Shown piece by piece: positions 41,956-54,105 of a stretch of DNA of 64,000 nt. The position numbers and the translations under genes were made by a program. The stretch is from an uncultured Veillonellaceae bacterium (GTDB lineage: Bacteria > Bacillota > Negativicutes > JARBTT01): positions 32,001-96,000 of the forward strand of contig CAWDTA010000004.1 of assembly GCA_963805085.1 (NCBI GenBank), in the 5' to 3' direction. Below the pieces are notes generated by a model. That model did no database searches. It saw only the letters and a program-made list of their open reading frames with translations, and was not told the origin of the DNA. Position 1 is the stretch's first letter. Every line of letters begins with the position of its first letter.

Positions 41956-42783
41956 TTATTTCGTACGACCTTTGACAATAAACTTGTCAGAGTTCTTTTT
42001 ACGACGAGTTGTAGCACCCATAGCATGTTTACCCCATGGAGTAACAGGATGTTTACGACCAACTGGGCTACGACCTTCACCACCACCATGTGGATGGTCA
42101 TTAGGATTCATTGTTACCCCACGATTAGCAGGACGAATACCTAACCAACGAGAACGACCAGCTTTACCAATTGTAATGTTTTCATGTTCAAGATTACCTA
42201 CTTGACCAATCGTTGCTTTACAATTGATATGAACTTTACGTAACTCACCTGAAGGCATACGAAGAAGTGCATAATCGCCCTCTTTCGCCATTAATTGAGC
42301 ACCTGTACCAGCGGAACGAACCAATTGTCCACCTTTACCGATTTTCATCTCAATATTATGAATCATAGTACCAACAGGAATATTTATAATTGGTAACGCA
42401 TTACCAGGCTTGATATCAGCTTCAGGACCAGATACAATTTTATCCCCAACTTTAATACCGTTAGGTGCTAAGATGTAACGTTTTTCACCATCAGCATAAT
42501 TTAAAAGCGCAATACGCGCTGAACGGTTCGGATCGTATTCAATTGTAGCAACAGTTGCTTGAATATCATCTTTATTCCGTTTGAAGTCAATCACACGGTA
42601 TAAACGTTTGTGACCGCCACCTTGATGTCTTACTGTTAGACGACCTAGATGATTACGACCACCATGTTTTTGTAGACGCTCAACTAGAGCTTTCTCAGGT
42701 TTGTCAGTAGTGATTTCATCGAAACTAGCTACTGTCATGAATCTTCTACCTGCAGAATATGGTTTAAAACTTTTTACTGCCAT
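41956..42783 (-). CDS. rplB: 50S ribosomal protein L2
   Basis: [17 protein letters not shown]. Confidence 0.99.
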   Translation of the reverse strand: MAVKSFKPYSAGRRFMTVASFDEITTDKPEKALVERLQKHGGRNHLGRLTVRHQGGGHKRLYRVIDFKRNKDDIQATVATIEYDPNRSARIALLNYADGEKRYILAPNGIKVGDKIVSGPEADIKPGNALPIINIPVGTMIHNIEMKIGKGGQLVRSAGTGAQLMAKEGDYALLRMPSGELRKVHINCKATIGQVGNLEHENITIGKAGRSRWLGIRPANRGVTMNPNDHPHGGGEGRSPVGRKHPVTPWGKHAMGATTRRKKNSDKFIVKGRTK

Positions 42784-42815
42784 TGGTTAACCTCCTTTTC
42801 CAAAAACTTAAGCTA

Positions 42816-43103
42816 TTATACACCTTCGAAGAATTCGATGCTTTCGCCAGGTGCAAGTTTAACAATAGCTTTTTTATAATCTGCGCGTTTGCCTTGACTG
42901 CGACCCATACGTTTTACTTTTCCTAACACGTTTACAGTGTTTACTACAAGAACTTTTACTTTGAATATTTCTTGAACAGCAGTTCTTATTTCAACTTTGT
43001 TAGCTGTCTTAGGAACAACAAATGTATATTTGCCTTCTTGCATCAACGCAGTTGTTCTTTCAGTGATAAGCGGACGGATTAAAATATCGCGTGCATTTGC
43101 CAT
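42816..43103 (-). CDS. rplW: 50S ribosomal protein L23
   Basis: PLITE, KKAIVKL. Confidence 0.99.
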   Translation of the reverse strand: MANARDILIRPLITERTTALMQEGKYTFVVPKTANKVEIRTAVQEIFKVKVLVVNTVNVLGKVKRMGRSQGKRADYKKAIVKLAPGESIEFFEGV

Positions 43104-43729
43104 TACGCAAGTACCTCCTCAATGCGGGTAACTGCATCTTTAGTAATGAAAAGCTTGTTATGATTTAAGATATCATAAACATTAAGCCCACGAGAACTAA
43201 TAGCTTTTACACCAGGAATATTACGTGAAGATTTTTCCACGTTTTCAATTGCCTCAGCTGTAATGATAAGAGCTTTCTTATCCACACTGAAATCGTTCAA
43301 CATTTGTACAACGTTTTTAGTTTTAGCTTGTTCAAAAGCGATGCTATCAACAATAACTAATTCTCCACTTTGTACTTTTGATGACAACGCACATCTAATT
43401 GCTAAACGACGTTGTTTACGAGGCATTCTGAATGCATATGAACGAGGTGATGGACCAAATACAGTACCACCGCCTACCCAAATTGGTGAACGGGTGCTAC
43501 CTGAACGAGCACGACCAGTACCTTTTTGTTTCCAAGGTTTACGTCCGCCACCGCGTACGAAACCTCTAGTTTTAGTTGCATGCGTACCAAGACGTTGACT
43601 TGCAAGTTGCATCACAACAGCTTGATGAACAACAGCTTCGTTAACTTCTACACCAAATACGCTTTCATTTAATTCTAATTCTTCGCCAGTCTGTTTACCA
43701 GCGATTGTATAGACTGCTACTTTAGGCAT
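43103..43729 (-). CDS. rplD: 50S ribosomal protein L4
   Basis: [12 protein letters not shown]. Confidence 0.99.
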   Translation of the reverse strand: MPKVAVYTIAGKQTGEELELNESVFGVEVNEAVVHQAVVMQLASQRLGTHATKTRGFVRGGGRKPWKQKGTGRARSGSTRSPIWVGGGTVFGPSPRSYAFRMPRKQRRLAIRCALSSKVQSGELVIVDSIAFEQAKTKNVVQMLNDFSVDKKALIITAEAIENVEKSSRNIPGVKAISSRGLNVYDILNHNKLFITKDAVTRIEEVLA

Positions 43730-43764
43730 AATATAGCACATCCTCCTTTCGAGCTCAAAAGAGC

Positions 43765-44406
43765 TTATTTGTTAGGTTTTACAGTATTTTTAATAACAAC
43801 GTAGCTACCCTTTGGACCAGGAATAGCACCCTTGATTAAAATCAAATTACGGTCAGTGTCTACTCTTACAACGCTTAAACGTTGAAGTGTTACTTTTTGA
43901 GTGCCCATACGACCTGGTAATTTTTTACCTTTTAAGACTTTACCGCCGCCACCACTCATCATTGCGCCAGTTGAACCTGGTTCGCGATGTGATTTAGATC
44001 CATGGCCCATAGGTCCACGACTAAAATTATGACGTTTAATTGCACCAGCAAAACCTTTACCTTTTGCAGTACCAGTAACATCAATTAATTCACCAGCACT
44101 AAATATGTCAACGCCGATTATATCACCAGCATTATATTCAGAAGCATCAGATAAGCGCATTTCGCGAATAAACTTCACTGCATCCGCGCCAGCTTTTGCA
44201 AAATGACCTTTCATAGGTTTTGTAACGTGTTTTTCTTTCATAACACCAAAGCCTAATTGTACAGCATTATAGCCATCATTTTCAACAGTTTTGTTTTGAA
44301 TTACAACAGTTTTACCTGATTCAACAACAGTAACTGGAACAACTTTACCTTCTTCGGTAAAGATTTGGGTCATACCAAGTTTTTTACCTAAAATTCCTTT
44401 AGCCAT
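43765..44406 (-). CDS. rplC: 50S ribosomal protein L3
   Basis: [15 protein letters not shown]. Confidence 0.99.
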   Translation of the reverse strand: MAKGILGKKLGMTQIFTEEGKVVPVTVVESGKTVVIQNKTVENDGYNAVQLGFGVMKEKHVTKPMKGHFAKAGADAVKFIREMRLSDASEYNAGDIIGVDIFSAGELIDVTGTAKGKGFAGAIKRHNFSRGPMGHGSKSHREPGSTGAMMSGGGGKVLKGKKLPGRMGTQKVTLQRLSVVRVDTDRNLILIKGAIPGPKGSYVVIKNTVKPNK

Positions 44407-44424
44407 TCATTCCACCTCCTCTTA

Positions 44425-44736
44425 TTACAATTTAATTTCGATATCCACACCAGCTGGCAAATCCAAACGCATTAAAGCGTCAACGGTTTTGGAAGTTGGT
44501 TCTAAGATGTCAATTAGACGTTTGTGAGTACGCATTTCGAATTGCTCACGGGAATCTTTATTAACATGTGGAGAACGTAAGATTGTAAAAATGTTTTTTT
44601 CAGTAGGTAGTGGAATAGGGCCTGATACCATAGCACCTGTTCTTTTTGCAGTATCTACGATTTTCACCGCGCTTTGATCAAGAGCTTTATGATCATATGC
44701 TTTTAAACGAATTCTGATTTTTTGTTGTTTAGCCAA
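44425..44736 (-). CDS. rpsJ: 30S ribosomal protein S10
   Basis: [15 protein letters not shown]; TTG start after AAGGAGG. Confidence 0.99.
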   Translation of the reverse strand: MAKQQKIRIRLKAYDHKALDQSAVKIVDTAKRTGAMVSGPIPLPTEKNIFTILRSPHVNKDSREQFEMRTHKRLIDILEPTSKTVDALMRLDLPAGVDIEIKL

Positions 44737-44749
44737 TTTATATTTCCTC

Positions 44750-44830
44750 CTTATCGCCCAGTTTCTAGAACGGACATTTCTCCGTAATAGTTCCCTCACA
44801 AAACGTGAGCAATCTACTACGTCATCGCTT
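44750..44830 (-). ncRNA. Probable S10-operon leader RNA
   Basis: Structured 5' UTR (GCGATGAC..CTCAC/GTGAG stem..GTCCG..GGGCG) directly upstream of rpsJ; resemblance to clostridial S10 leaders is from memory. Confidence 0.55.
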
Positions 44831-44850
44831 GGGGTACAAAAATCTTATTT

Positions 44851-44876
44851 ATAGGGGCGACTGAAGTCGCCCCTAT
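44851..44876 (-). terminator. Hairpin after tuf
   Basis: ATAGGGGCGAC-tgaa-GTCGCCCCTAT. Confidence 0.7.
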
Positions 44877-44892
44877 AGTATTGATACTAAAA

Positions 44893-46084
44893 TTAAGCTT
44901 GAACTTCAGTTACAACACCAGCGCCAACAGTACGGCCACCTTCACGGATAGCGAAACGTAAACCTTCTTCAATAGCAATTGGTGTGATAAGTTCGATAGA
45001 CATTTGAATGTTATCGCCAGGCATAACCATTTCAACACCTTCTGGTAAGTTAACTACACCAGTTACATCAGTTGTACGGAAATAGAATTGTGGACGATAG
45101 TTTGTGAAGAATGGAGTATGACGTCCGCCTTCTTCTTTAGATAAAACGTAAACTTCACCTTTAAATTTAGTGTGAGGTTTAATGGAACCTGGTTTAGCAA
45201 GAACTTGACCACGTTCGATTTCTTTACGTTCAACACCACGAAGTAAAGCACCAATGTTATCACCAGCTACTGCACTATCAAGTAATTTTCGGAACATTTC
45301 AACACCAGTTACAGTAGTTGATTTAGGTTCTTCGCTCATACCAACGATTTCAACATCTTCACCAACTTTAACTTGACCACGTTCAACACGGCCAGTAGCA
45401 ACTGTACCACGACCAGTGATTGAGAAAACGTCTTCAACTGGCATCAAGAATGGTTTATCAGTTTCACGTTCTGGAGTTGGGATGTATTCATCAACAGCAT
45501 CCATTAATTCCATGATTTTTTCTTCCCATATGTAGCGTCGCCTTCAAGAGCTTTTAACAGCAGAACCAGTAATTACAGGAATATCATCACCAGGGAATTC
45601 ATAACTCAGAAAGAAGTTCACGAACTTCCATTTCTACTAATTCCAATAATTCTTCATCATCAACCATATCAGCTTTGTTTAAGAATACTACCATTCAGGC
45701 ACGCCAACTTGACGAGATAAAAGAATATGTTCACGAGTTTGTGGCATAGGGCCATCAGCAGCAGCATACTACTAAGATAGCACCATCCATTTGTGCAGCA
45801 CCAGTGATCATGTTTTTAACATAGTCAGCATGGCCTGGGCAGTCAACGTGAGCATAGTGACGTTTTTCTGTTTCATACTCAACATGAGCAGTATTGATTG
45901 TGATACCACGTTCTCTTTCTTCTGGAGCTTTATCGATCATGGCATAATCCATAAACTCAGCTCCGCCAGCTTTTGATAAAACTTTAGTGATAGCAGCTGT
46001 CAATGTAGTTTTACCATGATCAACGTGACCAATCGTACCAATGTTAACATGTGGTTTATTTCTTTCAAACTTTTGCTTTGCCAT
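44893..46084 (-). CDS. tuf: Elongation factor Tu (several apparent frameshifts at ~45530-45770)
   Basis: GHVDHGKT and DCPGH in 5' ORF; C-terminal domains in 44893-45513 ORF; middle recoverable by frame changes. Confidence 0.95.
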
Positions 46085-46105
46085 TGTTAATAAATCCTCC
46101 TTACT

Positions 46106-48196
46106 TTAATTAACGCCTTTGATTTTTAGCTGATAATGCTTCTGCATATATTTTTAGGAACTTCTTCATAATGATGAAATTCCATGGAATAATTACCACG
46201 TCCTTGTGTTTTAGAACGCAAGTCTGTAGCATAACCAAACATTTCAGAAAGTGGAACGAAGGCATTAATTACTTGTGCACCACCACGAGCTTCCATGCCT
46301 TCAATACGTCCACGTCTAGAGTTAAGATCACCAATAACATCACCCATGTATTCTTCCGGAACAACAACTTCAACTTTCATGTATGGTTCTAAGAATACTG
46401 GACTTGCTTTTGCAGTACCTGCTTTAAAGCCCATAGAACCAGCAATTTTAAACGCCATTTCAGATGAATCGACATCATGGTAAGAACCATCATACAACAA
46501 TAACTTTAATATCAACTATTGGATAACCAGCAACAACGCCATTTTCCATAGCTTCTTTAATACCAGCTTCAATGGGTTAATATATTCTCTAGGAATCGCA
46601 CCACCGACTACTTTATTTTCAAAAGTAAAGCCTTGACCTGGCTTCTTGAGGGTTCAAGTTCAAGCCAAACAGTGACCATATTGACCACGACCACCAGATT
46701 GACGAACGAATTTACCTTCTGCTTTAACTTGTTTACGGATTGTTTCACGATAAGCAACTTGAGGCTTACCTACATTAGCAATCAACTTTAAATTCACGAA
46801 GCATACGGTCAACGATAATTTCCAAATGAAGTTCACCCATACCAGCAATGATACGTTTGACCAGTTTCTTGGTCAGTATGTCATACGGAATGTAGGATCT
46901 TCTTCTGCAAGTCTTGCAAGGGCAATACCCATTTTTTCTTGGTCAGCTTTTGTTTTTGGCTCAACAGCAACCGAAATAACTGGTTCTGGGAATTCCATGG
47001 ATTCAAGAATAATAGATTCTTTTTCATCACAAAGAGTATCACCAGTAGTTGTATCTTTCAAGCCAACTGCAGCTGCGATATCACCAGCTGTAAACCATTT
47101 CGATTTCTTCACGGCGATTTGCATGCATTTGAAGAATACGACCAATACGTTCTCTTTTACCTTTTGTTGAGTTATATACATAAGAACCAGAAGTAAGTGT
47201 ACCAGAATATACACGGAAGAATGCTAATTTACCAACATAAGGGTCAGCCATAATTTTAAAAGCCAACGCTGAGAATGGTATTTTATCATCCGCTTCACGT
47301 TTATCTTCTTCACCAGTATCTGGATTTGTACCTTTAATAGCTGGAATATCAAGTGGTGAAGGCATGTAATCAATTACTGCATCGAGCATTGGTTGAACAC
47401 CTTTATTTTTATAAGAAGAACCACAGAAAACAGGAGTCATTTTGCAATCAATTGTTGCTTTACGAATCGCTGCTTTTAATTCTTCTTCAGAAATTTCTTC
47501 GCCTTCAAGATATTTCATCATCAATTCTTCATCAGATTCAGCAACTGTATCTAAAAGAATTTGACGATATTCATCAGCTTTTTCTTTCATATCTGCAGGA
47601 ATTTCAACTTCTTCGCTAGTTTTACCAAGATCATCTGTATAGATAATCGCGTCCATTTTGATTAAGTCAACCATTCCTAAAAATGTATCTTCAGAACCAA
47701 TTGGCAGTTGAAGTGCAACCGGATTTGCATTTAAACGAGTTTTTAACATGTCAACAACTCTATAGAAATCCGCACCCAAGATATCCATTTTATTAACAAA
47801 CGCCATACGAGGTACATTGTATTTATCAGCTTGGCGCCATACTGTTTCAGATTGTGGTTCAACTCCACCTTTAGCACAGAACACAGCAACCGCGCCATCA
47901 AGCACTCTCAATGAACGTTCTACTTCAACAGTAAAGTCCACGTGACCTGGTGTGTCAATGATGTTAATGCGATGACCTGCCCATTGACAAGTTGTAGCAG
48001 CAGAAGTAATAGTAATACCTCTTTCTTGTTCTTGCTCCATCCAGTCCATAGTAGCAGCACCTTCATGAACTTCACCAATCTTATGCACTTTACCTGTATA
48101 AAACAGAATGCGTTCAGTAGTAGTGGTTTTACCAGCATCAATATGTGCCATGATACCTATATTTCGTGTCTTTTCGAGAGGAAACTGTCTACCCAC
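46106..48196 (-). CDS. fusA: Elongation factor G (many apparent frameshifts at ~46110-47100; stop approximate)
   Basis: [16 protein letters not shown]; C-terminal pieces [27 protein letters not shown] in different frames. Confidence 0.95.
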
Positions 48197-48245
48197 TATT
48201 ACATCGCTCCTTATTAGTGTAAAGATTTTTATTGTATTTTAGATA

Positions 48246-48731
<486 letters not shown>

Positions 48732-48754
48732 TCAAAAATCTTCAAATTAAATCA

Positions 48755-49132
48755 TTATTTTTTCTTAGCGCGTTTTGCACCATATTTTGATCTTGATTGT
48801 GTACGGTTTTGAACACCAGCAGTATCTAACGCACCGCGAATGATATGATAACGAACACCTGGTAAATCTTTTACCCTGCCGCCTCTAATCAAAACAACAC
48901 TATGTTCTTGAAGATTATGACCAATCCCAGGGATATAAGCTGTTACTTCAATGCTGTTAGTAAGACGAATTCTCGCAACTTTTCTCAAAGCGGAGTTAGG
49001 TTTTTTAGGAGTAGTAGTATATACTCTCGTACAAACACCACGTTTTTGAGGACAATCCTTTAAAGCTGGTGCTGTAGATTTCTTTTCCATACTTTCTCTA
49101 CCTTTGCGTACTAATTGGCTAATTGTAGGCAT
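48755..49132 (-). CDS. rpsL: 30S ribosomal protein S12
   Basis: [21 protein letters not shown]. Confidence 0.99.
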   Translation of the reverse strand: MPTISQLVRKGRESMEKKSTAPALKDCPQKRGVCTRVYTTTPKKPNSALRKVARIRLTNSIEVTAYIPGIGHNLQEHSVVLIRGGRVKDLPGVRYHIIRGALDTAGVQNRTQSRSKYGAKRAKKK

Positions 49133-49218
49133 ACATGCACCTCCTTCCTTCATATCAAAATTTATTATTTAATAATTCCAACTCAATTTTATAAAAAGAG
49201 CTAGAATATTTAACAAGA

Positions 49219-49464
49219 TTACTTCAGAACAGCCACTGCAGCAGCTCCTACTTCAATCGTACAAGCTTCTCCCAATTCACTCATCGTTGAAACCTCAACT
49301 TTGTCGATATTATGCTGCTGGCATAAATCTTTCAGAGGTTGTACAACTCTTAAATCGGCATCTTGTGCAATAAAAACCATTTTACATAAGTCTTTTTTGA
49401 CAGCTTTCGTAACTTGTTTTATACCAATAACTTTTTTGGCAGTCTTCAAAGTGTCGAGCGACAT
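49219..49464 (-). CDS. L7Ae/YbxF-family K-turn binding protein
   Basis: IGIKQVTKAV..IAQDAD..ELGEACTIEVGAA; upstream of rpsL. Confidence 0.92.
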   Translation of the reverse strand: MSLDTLKTAKKVIGIKQVTKAVKKDLCKMVFIAQDADLRVVQPLKDLCQQHNIDKVEVSTMSELGEACTIEVGAAAVAVLK

Positions 49465-49519
49465 TGTATTCACTCCCATATCTACAGATGAATGCTTTTT
49501 TTGTTTCAGGCACTCGTAT

Positions 49520-49548
49520 ATAATAACATGACTCATAATCAATGTCAA
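49520..49548 (-). promoter_or_regulatory. Sigma-A promoter of str operon
   Basis: TTGACA-17-TATTAT with TG extension. Confidence 0.75.
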
Positions 49549-49874
49549 CACCTGTTTTATCAATCTTTTCATATACACGGCACGTGGTGTATCATTAGTA
49601 ATTATTGTATCATATTTTAAATAAAATATACAATTTATCTTTACATCTATTTAAAATAAAAAAGTTTTTTACAAATTGATTTTAAATTATCTAAAATAAT
49701 ATTATCTTTGTCTATTGGTAGTGATCTGTGTAAAAACATTATTTTTGATCATTTAAAATAGACACTAATGAAATTTATGCATCCGTATCTATTTTAAATT
49801 TATATATATAATAAGGAAGCTTTTTGATTTTATCTAAAAATTCACAACGTAATCCGCTTTATTCTATTAACTTT

Positions 49875-49919
49875 AAAACAGCAAGGATGGTATGTAAATT
49901 CACACCATCCTTGCTGTTT
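49875..49919 (-). terminator. Terminator after PTS genes
   Basis: AAACAGCAAGGATGGT inverted repeat. Confidence 0.75.
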
Positions 49920-50049
49920 ATCATTTTTTGTACATGGCATCCGTTCTTTACGAAACTACTCAATACTAGATCCAGTTTAGCAATATCTAACGTTACTATC
50001 TGCTCCCTTTTAGTTATGTGAATATAATAGATTTTTTAATCATTTTATA

Positions 50050-51075
50050 TTAATACATACCAAAACTAGCTACATATGCAATCAATACCGCAAGTGGACC
50101 TGTAATTACACGTGAATATAATACAGCTGGAACCCCAAGTTCTATCGTTTCTGGATCTGCTTCTCCTAAACTAAGCCCTACTGGTACGAAGTCACCACCT
50201 ACTTGGGCATTGATTGCAAACAATGCCGGCAACGCATATTGCGCTGGGATATGCCCTAATCCTATTTCCACACCTAAAAGTGTACCTACAACCTGTGCAA
50301 TTACTGCGCCTGGTCCAATAACTGGTGAAATAAATGGCAATGAGCATACTACCGAAATGACTAGCATCCCTGGTAAGGTGCTTGCTAATGGCGAAATTGT
50401 ATTCGCTATTACATCTCCAATTCCTGATGCACTGATAATACCGATTAGCATACTTACAAACGCCATGAATGGTAAAATAGTTTTTACTACCATATCTATC
50501 GTTTCGCGCCCAGCTTGGTAGAATTTATTTACCACTCCACCAACACCAATCCCTAATTTGGTTATAAAATTCTTTTCTTTTCCAGCATTCATCTTTGCAA
50601 GTTCCGCTCTTGCTTGTGCTTTTGTTTTTGGTGCACCTGATACTGGTTCACTAGCGGAGCTTGCACTGCCTGCTGCACTACCATCTTTTGCTGTCAATGG
50701 AGTTCCTTCTGAAGCATACGTAATTGTTTCTACAGTTACTGCCGATACATATAATGATTCAGTAATATATTGCGCCAATGGTCCAACATTACCAACTGGT
50801 GTTAAATTTACAGTAAAGATATTTTTTTTCGGATATACACCACATCTAGCTGTACCACCACAATCGACAACTGCTACCAAAGTTTCTGTATCTGGTACTG
50901 CTGAACTAAATCCATCAATTGCTTCACAGCCTGTCATCTCTGCAATTTTTGCTGCTACTGGATGAATTCCCCCACCAGTAACGCTAATGATTTTATTACA
51001 AGTTTCTGTTGGTTGAATCGTCAAAGGTCCACCCCAACCACCTTTACCCTTAGATATTGTAATTGCCTTATACAT
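50050..51075 (-). CDS. PTS glucitol/sorbitol-family EIIBC component (SrlE-like)
   Basis: [27 protein letters not shown]. Confidence 0.92.
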   Translation of the reverse strand: MYKAITISKGKGGWGGPLTIQPTETCNKIISVTGGGIHPVAAKIAEMTGCEAIDGFSSAVPDTETLVAVVDCGGTARCGVYPKKNIFTVNLTPVGNVGPLAQYITESLYVSAVTVETITYASEGTPLTAKDGSAAGSASSASEPVSGAPKTKAQARAELAKMNAGKEKNFITKLGIGVGGVVNKFYQAGRETIDMVVKTILPFMAFVSMLIGIISASGIGDVIANTISPLASTLPGMLVISVVCSLPFISPVIGPGAVIAQVVGTLLGVEIGLGHIPAQYALPALFAINAQVGGDFVPVGLSLGEADPETIELGVPAVLYSRVITGPLAVLIAYVASFGMY

Positions 51076-51116
51076 AAATTACTCAATCCTTTCTGTATAC
51101 AAATTTTAATTTATTT

Positions 51117-51638
51117 CTAATTTTCTTCTTTAGATTTCATGTAGGCATAAATTTTTTCTGTTACAACACCACGAATGAAGATAACGACTACCCCAACTAA
51201 GAAATAACGTACTGCTAGATCACCAAGTGGTAATCCAAGCGTCGTAATTCCCGCTGCGATCCCCATGTATACGAAAAGTTCGCCACCATTTGCATGTGGG
51301 AATAATCCTGTGATTGGATGTACAAAACTAACCGCTGCATCATAAAAAGCTGGTTTATGTTTCGCTTTTACAAACCTACCAAAACTATAACACATTGGAT
51401 TTCCTAAGAATAACACCGCTAGCACTGGCAACACTGTATATCTCGTAATAATATTTTGTGTTGCTTGTTGCGCTAATTTGTTCACCCGATCTTCACCAAT
51501 TAATTTAATAACAGAACTCACAGCGGTCATTAAAACCACAATTAAAGGAATAATTCCTGCCACCCAACTTGCAAAAGTACCTGCACCTGCTTTAAAGACA
51601 TCCATAAATCCATTGGCTAAACCTGCAATAAATTCCAT
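51117..51638 (-). CDS. PTS glucitol/sorbitol-family EIIC component (SrlA-like)
   Basis: NPMCYSFGRF, GLFPHANGGELFV. Confidence 0.92.
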   Translation of the reverse strand: MEFIAGLANGFMDVFKAGAGTFASWVAGIIPLIVVLMTAVSSVIKLIGEDRVNKLAQQATQNIITRYTVLPVLAVLFLGNPMCYSFGRFVKAKHKPAFYDAAVSFVHPITGLFPHANGGELFVYMGIAAGITTLGLPLGDLAVRYFLVGVVVIFIRGVVTEKIYAYMKSKEEN

Positions 51639-51824
51639 AATGATTTTACCTCCCTAATTTTTTCAAAAAATTATCGGCGATACTTACCGTGCTTTAATGT
51701 GTATATTTTACTGTTTATTTGTTTTAGAATATTCTGATATTATTATTTCGTAAAAAGATGCTATATTTTTTTATAAAAGCATGAATTTTATAGAGAATTT
51801 TCTAAATCTTTGTGTTAAGACTAG

Positions 51825-51864
51825 CGGCTTCTTATATACTCTATTTTGGGCAATATAAGAAGCC
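51825..51864 (-). terminator. Hairpin between YjbQ gene and PTS EIIC gene
   Basis: GGCTTCTTATAT inverted repeat. Confidence 0.6.
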
Positions 51865-51922
51865 CTCAGCCCCTGAAATGAATTCACATAAAAAGTGAAT
51901 TTTTACCCTAGAAAAAATTTTT

Positions 51923-52438
51923 TTATTCACCCATGACAACAATTTTACATTGTCTATCTCTTGGACGATTTGGATCCCAATCAATAAAGTAGTAATAACC
52001 TGTAACTTGATTAATTTGCAATACACCATTTTCAATAGCACTTGTTACACTTTCTCCTACAAGAGATGCTTTGATATGAGCTTCTGTATTTAATAAAGAT
52101 CTTCTGTCTGGTACCAATGCTGAGTCGCAATCTTTTTCACCAAAAGCAACATGTTCAGGCCCTGGATGATAATATTGACATTCTGTCAAACATCTTGGAA
52201 CAATTTTTTCTAAAACATTATTAAAATCAACCTGCAAATACTCATCACCACAATAATTTGTATCATGAGAATATTCTTCATAGATTACCGAACACGTTGT
52301 ATGTGGTGTTGTGATTACGCAAATACCATTTTTCACTTTACTTTTTTCAATAGCTACTCTGACTTCTTTTGTAATTTCATGATAAGATGCTCGGTTTCCA
52401 TTAGATCTCACTACAAGGTTTTCAATATATACTGTCAT
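51923..52438 (-). CDS. YjbQ/UPF0047-family protein
   Basis: ITKEV..NG..PHTTCS, N.EAHIKASLVG. Confidence 0.85.
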   Translation of the reverse strand: MTVYIENLVVRSNGNRASYHEITKEVRVAIEKSKVKNGICVITTPHTTCSVIYEEYSHDTNYCGDEYLQVDFNNVLEKIVPRCLTECQYYHPGPEHVAFGEKDCDSALVPDRRSLLNTEAHIKASLVGESVTSAIENGVLQINQVTGYYYFIDWDPNRPRDRQCKIVVMGE

Positions 52439-52439
52439 C

Positions 52440-53135
52440 TCATTTTCTCCCATCTTTTTTCGTTTTTTCGATCGCTGCAATCATGTCTTTTACCATTTCT
52501 TTTGGATCTTCAGCACACACAATACCACTTGTACAACCTGTTCCATCTGCCCCTGCCATAATTGTACGGTATACATCATCCGCTGTACTAATGCCTGCTG
52601 CTTGCATAACCAAAATATTTGGATTTATTTTTTTGATGCTGTCAGTTGTTTGTTTGATATAGGCTTGATCACTCGTGTTGCCTGTACCAATAAGTTCAGT
52701 CGGTTCACATAGAATAATATCAGGATCTAGTAAAGCAATTGCTTTTGCCTCTTTGACGGAATCAGCACATACAACTGTATACATTCCCACTTCTTTAGCT
52801 CTTTCAATAATTTTTACTAAATCTACTAAATTTAAAGGATGTTCGGCATGATTTAGAAATACAGCTTTTGCACCAGCTTGTTTTAACGCTTCTGGTACTA
52901 CATATCCCATGCCGCGTCCAGCTTTTAGTGCGTCCATATGCTGTGCTGTTACGATAAGATTTTTTGTGTTTTCTGCAATCAACCTAATATCCGTAAAGGG
53001 TGCTGTAAAAAACACATCAAACTCCTTGCTTTCTGCCCATTTATCAGCTTCAAGTGCCAATTCTAATGATTTCTTTCCATAGAGATATGATTTTGGATTT
53101 ACCATAAAAAATGGTGTTCTTATTTTCTCCCCCAT
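52440..53135 (-). CDS. Short archaeal-type triosephosphate-isomerase-family protein
   Basis: NPKSY, AQH, LNHAEH, EPTELIGTG, AGIS motifs; 231 aa. Confidence 0.85.
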   Translation of the reverse strand: MGEKIRTPFFMVNPKSYLYGKKSLELALEADKWAESKEFDVFFTAPFTDIRLIAENTKNLIVTAQHMDALKAGRGMGYVVPEALKQAGAKAVFLNHAEHPLNLVDLVKIIERAKEVGMYTVVCADSVKEAKAIALLDPDIILCEPTELIGTGNTSDQAYIKQTTDSIKKINPNILVMQAAGISTADDVYRTIMAGADGTGCTSGIVCAEDPKEMVKDMIAAIEKTKKDGRK

Positions 53136-53146
53136 ATTTTTACCTC

Positions 53147-54007
53147 CTATTTTTTATATTTAACTGTTTCAAATACTTGATAATAATGGTTCAAACAAGC
53201 TTTCATGCCTTGTTTCGCTTGTGCTATTACTTCATAATAATTTTCTGCTGTTTCTATAGACATTTTATCTTTAGCAGCAATAACGAAATCTGTATATATA
53301 TTAATTTTGGCAATTCCACTCGTTGCACATCTATTTAAATTGGCATCACCTGAAGATGAGCCACCATGCAATACAAGTGGTGTATCCATACTTGCTGCAA
53401 TTTCCTCTAACCTTTTAAAATTAATAACCGGAGTACCTTTATATGTGCCATGTGCTGTTCCAATAGATATTGCCAATGAATCAACATTCGTTTGTTTGCA
53501 CATTTCCACCGCTTCTTCTACTGAGGTGTAAATTGAATCATCATTCTGCCCATAACCACCGCCTTCACCAACACTACCGACAAGGACTCCCGTACCAACA
53601 TGTCCGATTTCAGCTTCTACTACTACACCTTTTGCATGTGCATACTCCACAATTTCTTTGGTAATCGCAATATTTTTTTCTAACACTTCTTGAGAAGCAT
53701 CAATCATAACCGATGTAAACCCTAAATCAATTGCTCGCTTTACTACTACTAAAGATGTACCATGATCTAAGTGTAATACCACAGGAACGTCTACTTTTCC
53801 CCCATAAAATTTACCGAGTAAGGCTGCTTCTTCTAAAGATAAATAAGCTTTATGCACCTCAGCATAACTTAAGATAATAGGCAATTTCATTTCATTGGCA
53901 ACCTCCGTATGTGCCATTACAGAAGTCCAATCAAAGAAATTAGCGGATGGTATTGCTAACTTTTGTTGTTTTGCTTTTTGCAAAAGTTCTTTTGATGTAA
54001 CTAACAT
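53147..54007 (-). CDS. Class II ketose-bisphosphate aldolase
   Basis: LHLDHG, SVMIDAS, IGTAHGTY, LVLHGGS, KINIYT. Confidence 0.92.
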   Translation of the reverse strand: MLVTSKELLQKAKQQKLAIPSANFFDWTSVMAHTEVANEMKLPIILSYAEVHKAYLSLEEAALLGKFYGGKVDVPVVLHLDHGTSLVVVKRAIDLGFTSVMIDASQEVLEKNIAITKEIVEYAHAKGVVVEAEIGHVGTGVLVGSVGEGGGYGQNDDSIYTSVEEAVEMCKQTNVDSLAISIGTAHGTYKGTPVINFKRLEEIAASMDTPLVLHGGSSSGDANLNRCATSGIAKINIYTDFVIAAKDKMSIETAENYYEVIAQAKQGMKACLNHYYQVFETVKYKK

Positions 54008-54105
54008 AGTCTCACTCCTTTCAGTTATGTTTTCTGAATATTCAGATTTATATTACACTATGTTGACCAAACTCTAGGAGGACCAGCGCTACTGAATAAA
54101 TTATT

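Noticed and set aside
45520-47110. Programmed frameshifting in fusA and tuf
   Set aside because: Too many shifts in mixed directions and no slippery sites; sequencing error is more parsimonious.
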